Source: an uncultured virus (IMG/VR IMGVR_UViG_3300014913_000010)
Lineage: Duplodnaviria > Heunggongvirae > Uroviricota > Caudoviricetes
Virus record (IMG/VR): IMGVR_UViG_3300014913_000010
DNA: 64,000 nt
Direction: 5' to 3' (one strand)
Positions 18,887 through 29,706 of this stretch are shown in pieces. A program made the translations under genes and the position numbers. A model generated the notes under the pieces. It had not been told where the DNA came from, made no database searches, and worked only from the letters and a program-made list of their open reading frames with translations. Each line of letters begins with the position of its first letter. The stretch's first letter is position 1.

Positions 18887-20023
18887 CTATGTTCGTTTAC
18901 TTATACCGAATCCGATCTTCTTTACTAATGCCTTCTTTTCAGGAGCCATGTAATCGGCTCCTACTATCTCGGCCTTCACCCGATCCTTTATAATACGGCA
19001 GTTAGTCTTGTATAACTCCAGTCCTACCCAGTGGCGGTGTAGTCGTTCAGCCGCAACTGCAGTAGTACCACTACCCATGAAAGGGTCTAGCACTCGGCAG
19101 GGCTTTACTTTATTTGTTCTACAATCACACTGCTTCTCCCATCCAGTCGTCTCCCGGTAATTAATCCCGGCATAGTTAGCCGCACCACTCGGCGGTGTTA
19201 TTGTACCGTGCATGGTGCCTTTCCCTTTTACTTTTTCCTCATCTACTGTTTTCTCGTTTTTACGTTTGATCACTTTTATCTTTCGTTTGTATGGTGTTCC
19301 ACACTTGACACAACTACCATGCTCGGAAGTAGTCGCCTTAATACAACGTAATGGGAGTTCCAACGGAAAAGTAGCAAAGTGCTTTAGGTTTTTCTCCTTC
19401 TTGTTTCCCATACTCCAAACGTCACGAGGGAAGGTGCCACGGGGAGTCAATATAGAATACTGATCATAGTAGTAGTTCTGGGTTTTCGAAAATAAAAAGA
19501 TATGCTCGTGTGAACTCATCGGGCGACTACTCACTGGGTTCGGCATAAAAGTAGTTTTACTCCAGATAACATCTGATCGTAAGTACCACCCGGCTTCCCT
19601 CATAGCAAGGGCGGTCATCCATGGTATTCCTACTAGGTCGGTTTGCTTTAAAGTAGGTATGTTCCGGGCGGCTGACTTCTTTCTTTTCAACACTCGCCCG
19701 GAGGTTGGCCGTTTTCCTGACGGGGAGAAGTCACCGCCTAGCCCACCTGATCCATTGTAGCAGTCTCCTAGGTTCAGCCATACAGTACCATCATTTCGGA
19801 GTGCCGGTTTGATTGCTTCGAATAGTTCTACTAGGTGGTTTATATACTCGGTAGGTGTCGGCTCCTGTCCTAACTCGCCTTCTGCCGACTCATCGTCTAG
19901 GTCGTAATCCCTTAACTTCCAATACGGGGGAGAAGTAACAACAGTTTGAATAGTACTGGCCTTGATTTTACTTGCGGTATCAATACAGTTGCCACGGAAG
20001 ATCTTGCCTGTAGTAATTTTCAT
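18887..20023 (-). CDS. DNA methyltransferase (N4-C/N6-A, beta-type order) with Cys-rich insertion
   Basis: VTSPPY, HFATFP, VLDPFMGSGTT; CVKC...CDC insert. Confidence 0.9.
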   Translation of the reverse strand: MKITTGKIFRGNCIDTASKIKASTIQTVVTSPPYWKLRDYDLDDESAEGELGQEPTPTEYINHLVELFEAIKPALRNDGTVWLNLGDCYNGSGGLGGDFSPSGKRPTSGRVLKRKKSAARNIPTLKQTDLVGIPWMTALAMREAGWYLRSDVIWSKTTFMPNPVSSRPMSSHEHIFLFSKTQNYYYDQYSILTPRGTFPRDVWSMGNKKEKNLKHFATFPLELPLRCIKATTSEHGSCVKCGTPYKRKIKVIKRKNEKTVDEEKVKGKGTMHGTITPPSGAANYAGINYRETTGWEKQCDCRTNKVKPCRVLDPFMGSGTTAVAAERLHRHWVGLELYKTNCRIIKDRVKAEIVGADYMAPEKKALVKKIGFGISKRT

Positions 20024-20050
20024 CTACTACCTCTATAGTAAGAATGCGAA

Positions 20051-20080
20051 TGCCCGCTCCCTTTTATTAGGGAGCGGGCA
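20051..20080 (-). terminator. Strong intergenic hairpin (terminator or processing site)
   Basis: TGCCCGCTCCC-N8-GGGAGCGGGCA, a perfect 11-bp stem; only a weak U-tail. Confidence 0.5.
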
Positions 20081-20114
20081 ATGTAGTAATGGTATTTTAC
20101 CGGTAGTGGTTGAA

Positions 20115-20990
<876 letters not shown>

Positions 20991-21067
20991 AATTTTCCTC
21001 CTATAGGAATAAAGGTTAGTTGTTACAATGGCGGCATATCTGCCCTTTCCCATTGTTTCCTGATCTC

Positions 21068-21103
21068 ATTATACCACACTATTATGGCAAATCGAGACTT
21101 AAT
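21068..21103 (-). promoter_or_regulatory. Phage promoter class (copy 2)
   Basis: CGATTTGCCataatAGTGTGGTATAAT. Confidence 0.7.
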
Positions 21104-21113
21104 CTTTTTTATT

Positions 21114-22712
21114 TTAAAATAAATTGTCTCCTTCAAACATCCACTCGGAGTCAAGTTCGGTGGCTCCTATGTCAAGTGCTTGAAGTACCACTACTTGGGT
21201 ATCAGTACTTTTTCTGGCGTGTCGGTGAAGTAGTGTACTAACCCGAATAATACCATGTTTGTACTCCTCAGGCTTTTGGTTGAGAGCCCACATAACGTCG
21301 CAATGAGCCAACTTCCGCACGTCCTCGGAAACGTTCGTTTCATTCAGGCTATCTTGTAGGAAAGATTTACGATTACCTTGAGTTGCAGTTAGTACTATAC
21401 AATCATATTCCATTGCCATACGTTTTAATGACTTCCATACATAGTCAAAAGTCGCCCGATCATTATTGCCAAATATTTCTGACCGGTCAACTTGTATAAT
21501 ATCCGCATAGTCAACTATTATTATATGCGGTCTCTTCGCTCCATTAGCTATTGCATATTCAATGTCTCCTTTTATGTTTGATATAGTACCATCAAATTTG
21601 AAGGCCTTAGTATATATACGACCACCACTCCCATGCGCCTTGAACTGCTTTACTGTCTTCCGCATTTTAGTAATAGTTTTACTTTTAGTATTCTCGGCAA
21701 AGAACCACGTGGAGGGTAAGTAGTCGTCTGTACCATTCGACCGGCAAGCAGTACACGTCTTATATCTCATCCGTGGTTTGAACTCAGGATATAGTGGTTT
21801 ACTAGTCTCCTCATCATATCCTATTATTAACTTCACGTCACTAGTGCGCTCGTCCTTTCGACAACTACCATCTTGATTATGCCAGCAATCAAAGCAGGGG
21901 AGCACTACTTTTTTTCCATCGTCCGTGAAACCGGTTATCGATTGAAACAATCTACTTACTTGCTGAGTTTGCGGCATTTCCAAAGAGAACTTATATACCG
22001 TAAGTCCTTGATAGACGGCATCAATAGCGAAGTTATCTAGGAACCACGTCTTGCCTCTTTTCATTGGAGCAAGTATACCGGCAAGATAGCCACATTTTAA
22101 CTTCCCATATAGTTGACCTAGTGCCGATCTACCTTCATTGTGCCAGAATAAGTAGTCGTTTTCATCTTCCTCAGGCCCGTGGAGATTGATCATTTCATTA
22201 GTAAGTGAATCTTCTAGCCTGTCAGTACTATTAATAGTCATTCCATCATTGACGAATACTTTTATTAACTTCTGTGCTCGGTCGTGTTTACCGGCACGAC
22301 TTAACCGAGTTATATCTTCAGCAAGTACATCAATAGCACGGTTAGCAAAGTAAATCCTGCCCTCATCTATTAAATACTCCACATTTATTTGATCTTGGGA
22401 TTCATAAACTTCGGAAAGGCCAGAAAGGAAAGTCTCAATTATTGTAGCGGTTGCTGGTAGTAGTCCTTGTTCTTTTTTTACTTCAAATATTTCTTCTATC
22501 TTTTCTTTGGGTACGATACTATATTCTCGGTAGTGATCTTTGCACCACTGGGCAACAATACCAGCGAACTCCATTTTAAATAGTCGGGGGTCAACTTGAT
22601 CATATATTTCTAACATGAACTCCCTTGACATAATAAGTCCGGTGACAAGTAGTTTTTCAATAGTACTATCAACTGATCTTCTGCGGAGGGTTCGGCGCTT
22701 TCGTTTTGCCAT
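21114..22712 (-). CDS. DnaB-like (SF4) replicative helicase
   Basis: APMKRGKT, FSLEMP, IIVDYAD, LTATQ, SEDVRKL; Cys-rich insertion. Confidence 0.85.
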   Translation of the reverse strand: MAKRKRRTLRRRSVDSTIEKLLVTGLIMSREFMLEIYDQVDPRLFKMEFAGIVAQWCKDHYREYSIVPKEKIEEIFEVKKEQGLLPATATIIETFLSGLSEVYESQDQINVEYLIDEGRIYFANRAIDVLAEDITRLSRAGKHDRAQKLIKVFVNDGMTINSTDRLEDSLTNEMINLHGPEEDENDYLFWHNEGRSALGQLYGKLKCGYLAGILAPMKRGKTWFLDNFAIDAVYQGLTVYKFSLEMPQTQQVSRLFQSITGFTDDGKKVVLPCFDCWHNQDGSCRKDERTSDVKLIIGYDEETSKPLYPEFKPRMRYKTCTACRSNGTDDYLPSTWFFAENTKSKTITKMRKTVKQFKAHGSGGRIYTKAFKFDGTISNIKGDIEYAIANGAKRPHIIIVDYADIIQVDRSEIFGNNDRATFDYVWKSLKRMAMEYDCIVLTATQGNRKSFLQDSLNETNVSEDVRKLAHCDVMWALNQKPEEYKHGIIRVSTLLHRHARKSTDTQVVVLQALDIGATELDSEWMFEGDNLF

Positions 22713-23873
22713 CTACTTCTCCCATGTAGGAGTGTAAGTATGATCTTCACTACTCCTAACAAGTTTCCTCATTATAGTTTCTGGTTCCGGAGTTGACTTT
22801 ACTAACATAGTAGTTCGGATCTTTTCTTCAAAAGCATCATACTCCCTTTGTCCGATATACTTCATATCCTCGAACTCCGCAATACGTATGATTTGAATGA
22901 AGTCAAGAAAGGGGTTAGTATTCTTTCTAAGTCGGGTCTTGTACTTATTTATAATTTGCATGTACCGACCGGATACTTGCATCATTTTAACTATACTTGG
23001 CTCAATACCAGTTTGTTGCCTTATCGCTTTTGATAGTTGTTTTGCTAACTTTAGGTTACCGCGGTAGTACTTCCCTATCAGGTCCCCCCTTGACTTACCG
23101 CACTCATCGAACCACGACTCAATACCATCAAACGTAAAGCCAGGTCTACCTTTGGTTTCTGCGGAGAAGTAAAAGAACTCGGCAAGGGAAACAATAAGAC
23201 CTGCTGGTTTGAATGGGACTCGAGATTTTAGGTCGGTAGCAGTGAGAAGCCAGAAGTAGGTATCAATACGTTGAGTAATTTCCTTCCGGTTATGGAGTTT
23301 CAATGCCTTCTTGATTTGGTTTACTATCTTTTCATACAAGTCGGTTCCACGTTGATGAGCAGTCAATGGTTTACCTTTGGAGCACCAATGATCAAAAATA
23401 TAGTCAACCCATCTTGAATTGTCAACGGTAGTTTGTTTTAGTTTACTACGTAGTTTTGAAGATCTACGGAGTTTACGACCTTTGCCGGTCACGGCAATTC
23501 TTTCCGAAGAATGAGGAAAGAATGATGTATAAATGTATATTAGTTTCTCTATATATATATGGGATGGGTAATTGGATGGGTAATTGGATGGGTAATTGGA
23601 TGGGTAATCAGGAGTCAAAATAGTAAACGTCTTACTGATCTTTCGTCCCATTCTCCTTTTGCCTATTTTCAAAAATCCAAGTTCTACTAATTGCTTTGTG
23701 ATGTTGTACTGTGTTTTCCTTGATATGTTAAGGTCTGTTGTTATCTTATGGTGCTCACGAAAGAATCCACCATTACTTTTTGCTTCTTCTTGGAATGACT
23801 CATTTTTTAATAACATACATAAGTAGTGATAGAACCGTTCAATGTTTGTTTCTAAATTTATTTTAGTGGCCAT
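22713..23873 (-). CDS. Replication initiator-like protein (N-terminal wHTH, internal iterons)
   Basis: wHTH-like LNISRKTQYNITKQLVELGFL; internal YPSN repeats; directly upstream of the helicase, as in lambda O/P-type modules. Confidence 0.6.
   Translation of the reverse strand: MATKINLETNIERFYHYLCMLLKNESFQEEAKSNGGFFREHHKITTDLNISRKTQYNITKQLVELGFLKIGKRRMGRKISKTFTILTPDYPSNYPSNYPSNYPSHIYIEKLIYIYTSFFPHSSERIAVTGKGRKLRRSSKLRSKLKQTTVDNSRWVDYIFDHWCSKGKPLTAHQRGTDLYEKIVNQIKKALKLHNRKEITQRIDTYFWLLTATDLKSRVPFKPAGLIVSLAEFFYFSAETKGRPGFTFDGIESWFDECGKSRGDLIGKYYRGNLKLAKQLSKAIRQQTGIEPSIVKMMQVSGRYMQIINKYKTRLRKNTNPFLDFIQIIRIAEFEDMKYIGQREYDAFEEKIRTTMLVKSTPEPETIMRKLVRSSEDHTYTPTWEK
23562..23609. repeat. Four tandem 12-bp iterons (GGATGGGTAATT), probable replication origin
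   Basis: Three perfect copies plus one near-perfect copy, flanked by an AT-rich tract (ATATATATAT at ~23549-23560). Confidence 0.7.
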
Positions 23874-23982
23874 ATACTACTACCTTTTTTAAGTGTTGAT
23901 TTATGTACCTGCCGGTTAGAGTATTTCGGTGGGTCATTTACCCATCCAATTAGAGTAATAAAAAGTGGAGATAGTGAGCAAT

Positions 23983-24084
23983 AAAAAACCCCTTAAGGCC
24001 TTAGTGATGGAGACACACATTGACAAGACATAAAGGAGATAACTACTACGTAGTTTTTGTCTCCATCACTAAGGCCTTAAAGGG
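23983..24084 (-). terminator. Long terminator/attenuator hairpin in the initiator leader
   Basis: 23-bp perfect inverted repeat (23993-24015 / 24058-24080) followed by GGGGTTTTTT on the minus strand. Confidence 0.7.
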
Positions 24085-24170
24085 CTATATATACTAACTA
24101 TTATGTCTCGTCATTGATACTGTGTGTGAGGCGGTCTCCCATCCACCTTGAAACAAAATCAATAATCAAT

Positions 24171-24199
24171 ATAATATCAATCCCAAAAAAATATGTCAA
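24171..24199 (-). promoter_or_regulatory. Sigma70-type promoter
   Basis: TTGACA-17 bp-TATTAT. Confidence 0.65.
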
Positions 24200-25068
24200 C
24201 CATTTTTATTATCAACAATTTCAGGTAGTAGTCCGAATCGAATTTTTACATTAAAATCGATTTTTACGTTTACTCCCAATGTACTACTAATTGCATCCTC
24301 AATAAGGTCAGTGATAGTTTTGGCTCCTTCATCAGTAGCAATTACTTTTACTATGGTGTCTTCATTAATCTTATTGGAAATAGTAGTTTTATCTTTTTTA
24401 TGAGGTAGTACTGCCTTTTTTGGTGTATGTACTTCGGCCCACTTGATCTCCTTTAGCCATGTGGATATCCACGGGTACTTGTCGGTCAGTTTAAATAAGG
24501 TGTAGTCATTGCTTCTTTTTCTATACAATCCGATAAGTTCTTCGGGTAGCATATCTAATGCCCCGGAACAGAAAGACCACATATACACTGGCCTGCTGGT
24601 AGCACTAATATTTTCTTTAATCATTAGTGCTCCTAATTCAGATTTTTTCATATGAGAAAACCTGGAGGAAATATCGCTTTTTCTTATTTTAGTGTACTTC
24701 ATAGCAGAATCTGCAGTACTACCTATCTCTGTTTTTATGATTTTAAATACGTCAATAATAGTGTACTTCTCACCTTTTAATAGTATAGCAATAATCATTT
24801 TTACAATGCTTGATGTATCCATGTTGTTCCTCCAATATTCACGGTTAATTTGGCGACGAGGAAGAAAAGTAGCACTACCACTTTTTGAAGTGTTCTTACT
24901 TTTTATTCTCGTCTTAGGGTAATTCTCCAATCCTTTTCTTGATCGGCTTTTCTTTTGGTCGAAGTCGGCTTGTGCTTCCATTGTCTTTTTCTCTACTTCC
25001 TTTTCGACAATGTACTTAGCAACCGGCTTCCCACCCACCGTAATACCATTGAGTCCGTCTATACTCAT
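24196..25068 (-). CDS. Hypothetical protein
   Basis: ORF track; GAGG RBS; ATGA overlap with primase. Confidence 0.7.
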   Translation of the reverse strand: MSIDGLNGITVGGKPVAKYIVEKEVEKKTMEAQADFDQKKSRSRKGLENYPKTRIKSKNTSKSGSATFLPRRQINREYWRNNMDTSSIVKMIIAILLKGEKYTIIDVFKIIKTEIGSTADSAMKYTKIRKSDISSRFSHMKKSELGALMIKENISATSRPVYMWSFCSGALDMLPEELIGLYRKRSNDYTLFKLTDKYPWISTWLKEIKWAEVHTPKKAVLPHKKDKTTISNKINEDTIVKVIATDEGAKTITDLIEDAISSTLGVNVKIDFNVKIRFGLLPEIVDNKNG

Positions 25069-25961
25069 AATAGTAGTCCTCTTATTTCGTGAATGACTTG
25101 CGGTTCTTGTTCTGCAGGATCTCCATTTTCTAGTTCTACTATTTCCACGTCCAATATAGCAGATAACTTATTTGCATATCGATCTACTTTTTCTGCTGCA
25201 TCCTCATCAAATACTAGGTATGCCTTTTTCACCCCCTTCTCTTTTAGTAGTACTAGCTGTTCATTTGTTATTAGTGAGCCAGACGCTGCAATAGCGCCTG
25301 TACCAATGGCCCATACGTCCGTGACACCTTCTACTATTATGGCATCACGTTTCACCCGGTCAATATTATAAAACGTGCTTTTTATCGGTAATACCGCTTT
25401 GCTATTTGAGCAAGCGATGTACTTCTTTTCTGATCTACCTGTAACATCACGGGCAATATAGTTTATTAGTTCTCCATCTAAAAAGTAAGGTATGATTATA
25501 CGGAACCTATACCTACCAATGGTATGCACTGCTTTTATTTTGTACTCCCTTTTTAAATGCTTCAATCCGAATCGTCTGCTTGCTATATACCGTTTATGAA
25601 TCTTTGGAAATTCAGAAGTAGACGATTTGGGCAGGACACCTTTCACTGGCCTATCCAGTGTGGAGGCAGTAGTACTTTCGGAGGACACATAAGTACTACC
25701 TAAAGTGTCCTGCCCTATCGTCTTTGCAATGTTCCAAGCAGTGGAGTTGTCCACGTCTATTAGTTCTGCTATCAGACGGTACAACTTCCCTGACTCGCCG
25801 CACTTCCAACAACTAAACTTAGTTGCGTCAGGTGACACACCGGCATGGTTGCTTTGATCATCACAGAATGGACATTGAATCCCTACCCATCCAGGAGAAA
25901 TGTTCTTCCCTTCGGTGTAGTACTCAATATCATGTTCTTCTAGAAATTCTATTATATCCAT
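25065..25961 (-). CDS. DNA primase (Zn finger + TOPRIM)
   Basis: CPFC..H...FSCWKCG, RIIIPY, IVEGVTD, FDEDA, DPAE. Confidence 0.9.
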   Translation of the reverse strand: MDIIEFLEEHDIEYYTEGKNISPGWVGIQCPFCDDQSNHAGVSPDATKFSCWKCGESGKLYRLIAELIDVDNSTAWNIAKTIGQDTLGSTYVSSESTTASTLDRPVKGVLPKSSTSEFPKIHKRYIASRRFGLKHLKREYKIKAVHTIGRYRFRIIIPYFLDGELINYIARDVTGRSEKKYIACSNSKAVLPIKSTFYNIDRVKRDAIIVEGVTDVWAIGTGAIAASGSLITNEQLVLLKEKGVKKAYLVFDEDAAEKVDRYANKLSAILDVEIVELENGDPAEQEPQVIHEIRGLLL

Positions 25962-26155
25962 TATACTACTTTAAACTCCAATTTTTCATCGAATATGAGA
26001 CCGGGCTTTTTAAACTCAAGTACTTCAAGTGCTATCTGAGTAGCTTCTTTCATTGTATCATATTCTGTAATATGGTTTACTTCCATCAATCCCCACTCAC
26101 CGGTTATGCCTTTTGGGTTAGTACGCCTGCCCATGATCTTAAAACTCATATCCAT
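25961..26155 (-). CDS. Small hypothetical protein
   Basis: Overlaps both flanking genes. Confidence 0.5.
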   Translation of the reverse strand: MDMSFKIMGRRTNPKGITGEWGLMEVNHITEYDTMKEATQIALEVLEFKKPGLIFDEKLEFKVV

Positions 26156-27510
26156 TTTTCCTTATAGTAGATGTTTAGTCGTTGTATGCAATGCTCTGCT
26201 AAGTATCTATATGGGTCAAGGAAGTCAATCAATTCAACACTATCTTTACCCTTGGCAGTACGGAATCCTCGGCCTATGGCCTGCAAAGTCATTACTTCCG
26301 ACTTACCGCCGCAGGCATTCAATACTACATCTAAAGAAGGTATGTTGATCCCCTCACGCCAGATCGTCGTGCTGATTACTACCTTTATTTTTTTATTCGA
26401 TAAGGCCATCTTTGTTTCTTTTCTTTGCTCCCCTTTTGTCGATCCCCAAATGAAAACGGATTTGATCTTTGACTTCTTTAGTAGGTCGTGTATGATATCG
26501 CCATGTTCTACTTCTTTTACCATGATCAATACCGACTTGCCGTTTGCTACCCGGTCGCCGGTCGCCTGTATGATCCTACCATTTCTTAGTCGGTTATTTA
26601 CTATGCCCTCCTTATATATATCCTTATACTTTCGATTGAGTGAAATTGATTGAGTTGTCGGGATAGGTATCATTGTGATTTTAGGAGTGGCAAGGAATCC
26701 ATCTTTAATACCATCTGTAGTGGAGTACTCACTCAATATCGGGCCTATGATCCCTTCTAATGCTAACTTATCTTTTGTCTTTTCGGGCAGGGTAGCAGTG
26801 AACCCTAACTTAACCGGAGCAATACAATGTTGTAATACTATACCAAATTGACTATCCCTGTCGTTTACGTGGTGGCATTCATCAACTATAATAGCGCCGA
26901 AGTAGTCCATATAGTTTTCGGGTGGTATCTTTGCGAATGATTGAATAGTAGCAAGTACTATATCAGCATCCTCATCGAACTCCTTTGACATACCGCCACC
27001 AATGATCTGCAAGCGCATTTCTGGCAAGTACTTTTTTGCTTCATCGGTCGTTTGTTGTAGTAGGTCTTTTGTGTGACACAGGAATAGTATACGGTAATCA
27101 CGGAAGACCGAACAGGCGGCAAGTACTATAATGGTCTTGCCACTGCCGGTAGGGGCTTTTACTACTCCCCTTTGCTTGGATAGGATTTCTTGTAGTGCGG
27201 TTTTTTGGTATGGGCGCAGGACTGCTTTCATGCTATACTTACTTGTCTGCACTTTTTCGATAGGGGATTTAGTTGTTTTGAATTTGATTTTGCGGTTAGT
27301 AAGAAAGGTTTGTACTCGTGGTAGTAGTCCGGTCAAGAATAAACCGGAGCGGCGATCAATAAAAGATCTGGTCTGGACTTTACTTTTAGTACCGAACCTT
27401 GCAGGCTGGAAATTTACGTCCTTATAAGATAAGGAGTTGTAAATTTCCAACCGTAAGGTTTTATCGGCACGGCAATGAACGGCGTCTAATATTTCGATTA
27501 TTGGTTTCAT
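26146..27510 (-). CDS. SF2 DEXH helicase (UvsW/XPB-like)
   Basis: LRPYQ, APTGSGKT, VDECHH, GFTAT, EGINIP, QAIGRGFR; probable leaderless start at 27510. Confidence 0.9.
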   Translation of the reverse strand: MKPIIEILDAVHCRADKTLRLEIYNSLSYKDVNFQPARFGTKSKVQTRSFIDRRSGLFLTGLLPRVQTFLTNRKIKFKTTKSPIEKVQTSKYSMKAVLRPYQKTALQEILSKQRGVVKAPTGSGKTIIVLAACSVFRDYRILFLCHTKDLLQQTTDEAKKYLPEMRLQIIGGGMSKEFDEDADIVLATIQSFAKIPPENYMDYFGAIIVDECHHVNDRDSQFGIVLQHCIAPVKLGFTATLPEKTKDKLALEGIIGPILSEYSTTDGIKDGFLATPKITMIPIPTTQSISLNRKYKDIYKEGIVNNRLRNGRIIQATGDRVANGKSVLIMVKEVEHGDIIHDLLKKSKIKSVFIWGSTKGEQRKETKMALSNKKIKVVISTTIWREGINIPSLDVVLNACGGKSEVMTLQAIGRGFRTAKGKDSVELIDFLDPYRYLAEHCIQRLNIYYKEKWI

Positions 27511-27516
27511 GCATTC

Positions 27517-27552
27517 ATTATACCACACTTTACCGGCAAATCGTTATTTAAT
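27517..27552 (-). promoter_or_regulatory. Phage promoter class (copy 3)
   Basis: CGATTTGCCggtaaAGTGTGGTATAAT. Confidence 0.7.
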
Positions 27553-27957
27553 TTTTTGCAGGTATTTTTCTACTTCTTCGAAGGTGCTTTTTACCTTCAA
27601 TCTACTTCTCCATTTTTTACGAAAGAACTTTCTTATATAATAAGAACGGTCTCCCTTAAATGCTCGGTAACGTCCATCCTTTGGGGATATACATGCATCC
27701 ACAAATTCTTTAGGGGCATTAAAAATGGTAGTTAGCACTTCTTTTGCATCGTCAGAAAGTTTTGAATATAAATCATTTTTTACCGCGCATTGCTCAGGGT
27801 TGGGCCGGTCGTCTGGTAAAAGATCATCGGTGCATTGAACGTACTCACCATAGATAATAACACAGGCTTGTACTATGTCTCCTTTTTTAGTTCGATCCCT
27901 TTTAGTAGTAGGTGTTTGTTTCAAATTTCTGATAGTAGACCTTTTCAATGTTCTCAT
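27544..27957 (-). CDS. Hypothetical protein
   Basis: AGGAGG RBS. Confidence 0.65.
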   Translation of the reverse strand: MRTLKRSTIRNLKQTPTTKRDRTKKGDIVQACVIIYGEYVQCTDDLLPDDRPNPEQCAVKNDLYSKLSDDAKEVLTTIFNAPKEFVDACISPKDGRYRAFKGDRSYYIRKFFRKKWRSRLKVKSTFEEVEKYLQKIK

Positions 27958-27960
27958 ATA

Positions 27961-28098
27961 TTAGCCTCCTATGCCGTAAGCATTGAACGCCCAATAGTAA
28001 CCAAAGCCCACTCCAAAAATAAAAACGATGAAGTACTTAGCGAATGCTAGAAATGCGGATTCAGTACTACTTCTAATTTCTAATTTTTCAAATGTCAT
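27961..28098 (-). CDS. Small membrane protein (45 aa, MTFEKLEIRS...AYGIGG)
   Basis: AAGGAGGACAAA-ATG RBS; one transmembrane-like segment. Confidence 0.6.
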   Translation of the reverse strand: MTFEKLEIRSSTESAFLAFAKYFIVFIFGVGFGYYWAFNAYGIGG

Positions 28099-28538
28099 TT
28101 TGTCCTCCTTTTTAGTATTCGTTTCTTTTTACTTGTTTTCTTCAATTTTTTTAGTACTCGTTTACTTTTTGGCTTGCGTTCTAACTTCTTTATTTTTGGG
28201 AGTTTAGCAGTTGTTTCTGCAAACCTGATAACTCGGTCTACTTGAAACATTTGACGTTTACAGTTATTGCACTTTAAATTAGTAAGTAATGATTCTCGTC
28301 TACTTTCACACTCATTGAGTGTCAGCCAGTAGTTATAAGTCTCGCACCAAAACCACTTTGATACCCGGAACCTTTTACAGGCCTTATTATCTGCGCCTAT
28401 CCACTTCTTTTTTCTTCGTGGGCATAGTCGTATTAACTTTTTTAAGTCCCGGTCTGATGCTTTCCTATACCAATAGCAGTACTTACAAAATAAAGTTGAG
28501 TACTTAACTTTAACGTCCTCCCGATCTAATTTTTTCAT
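28095..28538 (-). CDS. Cys-rich basic hypothetical protein
   Basis: GGAGGTAGT RBS; several CxxC; Lys-rich tail. Confidence 0.65.
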   Translation of the reverse strand: MKKLDREDVKVKYSTLFCKYCYWYRKASDRDLKKLIRLCPRRKKKWIGADNKACKRFRVSKWFWCETYNYWLTLNECESRRESLLTNLKCNNCKRQMFQVDRVIRFAETTAKLPKIKKLERKPKSKRVLKKLKKTSKKKRILKRRTK

Positions 28539-28579
28539 ACTACCTCCATTGTTAGTAGTTATTATTACTTACTAAGTTC

Positions 28580-28628
28580 AATCTCCAATGAGCCCTGCGA
28601 ACTTTCGCTCACAGGGCCGATGATGATT
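28580..28628 (-). repeat. Conserved intergenic RNA hairpin, copy 1 of 6
   Basis: AAUCAUCAUCGG-stem(GAAA loop)-CUCAUUGGAGAUU. Confidence 0.85.
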
Positions 28629-29610
28629 AAACTAGAACTACTTTTACTACCCTTACGAAGCAATTATCAAAGAAACCCCTTGCTACTTCTCGGTAGCAAA
28701 TATCCAACATCTTCTCGGCTTCTTCTTTTGTATCGTACTCATAAGGCTTCGCATCCTTACCGCTCGGCCTAATACTAAGCCACTTATGATTAGTATTAGG
28801 TGTTTTGATCTGCATCTGCCAACCCATATTACTACCTCCTAGTCGTCCATTTCTTTTACTATTTGATCTGCATAGCACTTACCGGCAATGAAGTTACACA
28901 CATCTCCAAGCATAATACGTTTCCACTTATCAGGAATGCCGTACCCTTCGGGTACTTCCTCAATGCATTCATGTTCAGTACTACCACACACCGGGCATAC
29001 ATCATAAATAAATCCCCAGTGGTTAGTACCGGTCTCCCGTTCGTTCTTGCAGTTAGTGCACTTATACGCTTTGTGTGAGTACTTACCTGTAACTGGTTTG
29101 CTTTTCATCGTCGTCACCTCCTATAATTGGCTTGCGAGTGAATGAGGTCTACTTCTAAATACCGGCTCCGATATATGAAAGTACCGGCCTTCTTTCTTAT
29201 CCAAGGCGTAGTACTCGGCATTGCTTTTTGATATCGGGCAAGCAATACATATATCTTTCTCATCAATCTTTTGTTCTACTAATGCAACCAACTCAGACAA
29301 TCTGCAGTGTGAGTTGTTTGTTGAATAGTAGTTCACGGCGGCACCTATAGAAACAAAGTAGTGAGTTCCAGTTACTAGTCTTCTGTTTACTAATGCCATT
29401 TTGTCCTCCTTCCTAAACAGTGTAGTAGTTGGGCAGAAACTTTACTACCCTAGAAGCGCGTTTAATTTCTAATTCGATCTCGCTCATCCGTCTTCTACAA
29501 GCCGGGTTTTTTCGACGGTCAACTACAATGAAGCAGTTGACTTTTCTGCGGTCGTTTTTACCCCGGTGCTCAGGATAATGAGTTACGGTAACACTTTTCC
29601 TCATGCTCAT
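28627..29610 (-). CDS. Four small early hypothetical proteins (28627-~28827, 28839-29117, 29121-29399, 29413-29610)
   Basis: ORF track; each preceded by a GGAGG RBS. Confidence 0.6.
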
Positions 29611-29653
29611 GATGTCCTCCTTTTGGTTTACTTACTTTTAACCACAATGGTTA

Positions 29654-29706
29654 AATCTCCAATGAGCCCCTTGAAGTACTACTACCTCAAGGGGCCGATG
29701 ATGATT
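29654..29706 (-). repeat. Conserved intergenic RNA hairpin, copy 2 of 6
   Basis: Same flanks; stem GGCCCCUUGAGGUA/UACUUCAAGGGGCU. Confidence 0.85.

Noticed and set aside
24020..24049. Plus-strand antisense promoter (TTGACA) inside the attenuator loop
   Set aside because: No convincing -10 at 16-18 bp spacing, and the hexamer is explained by the anti-terminator pairing.
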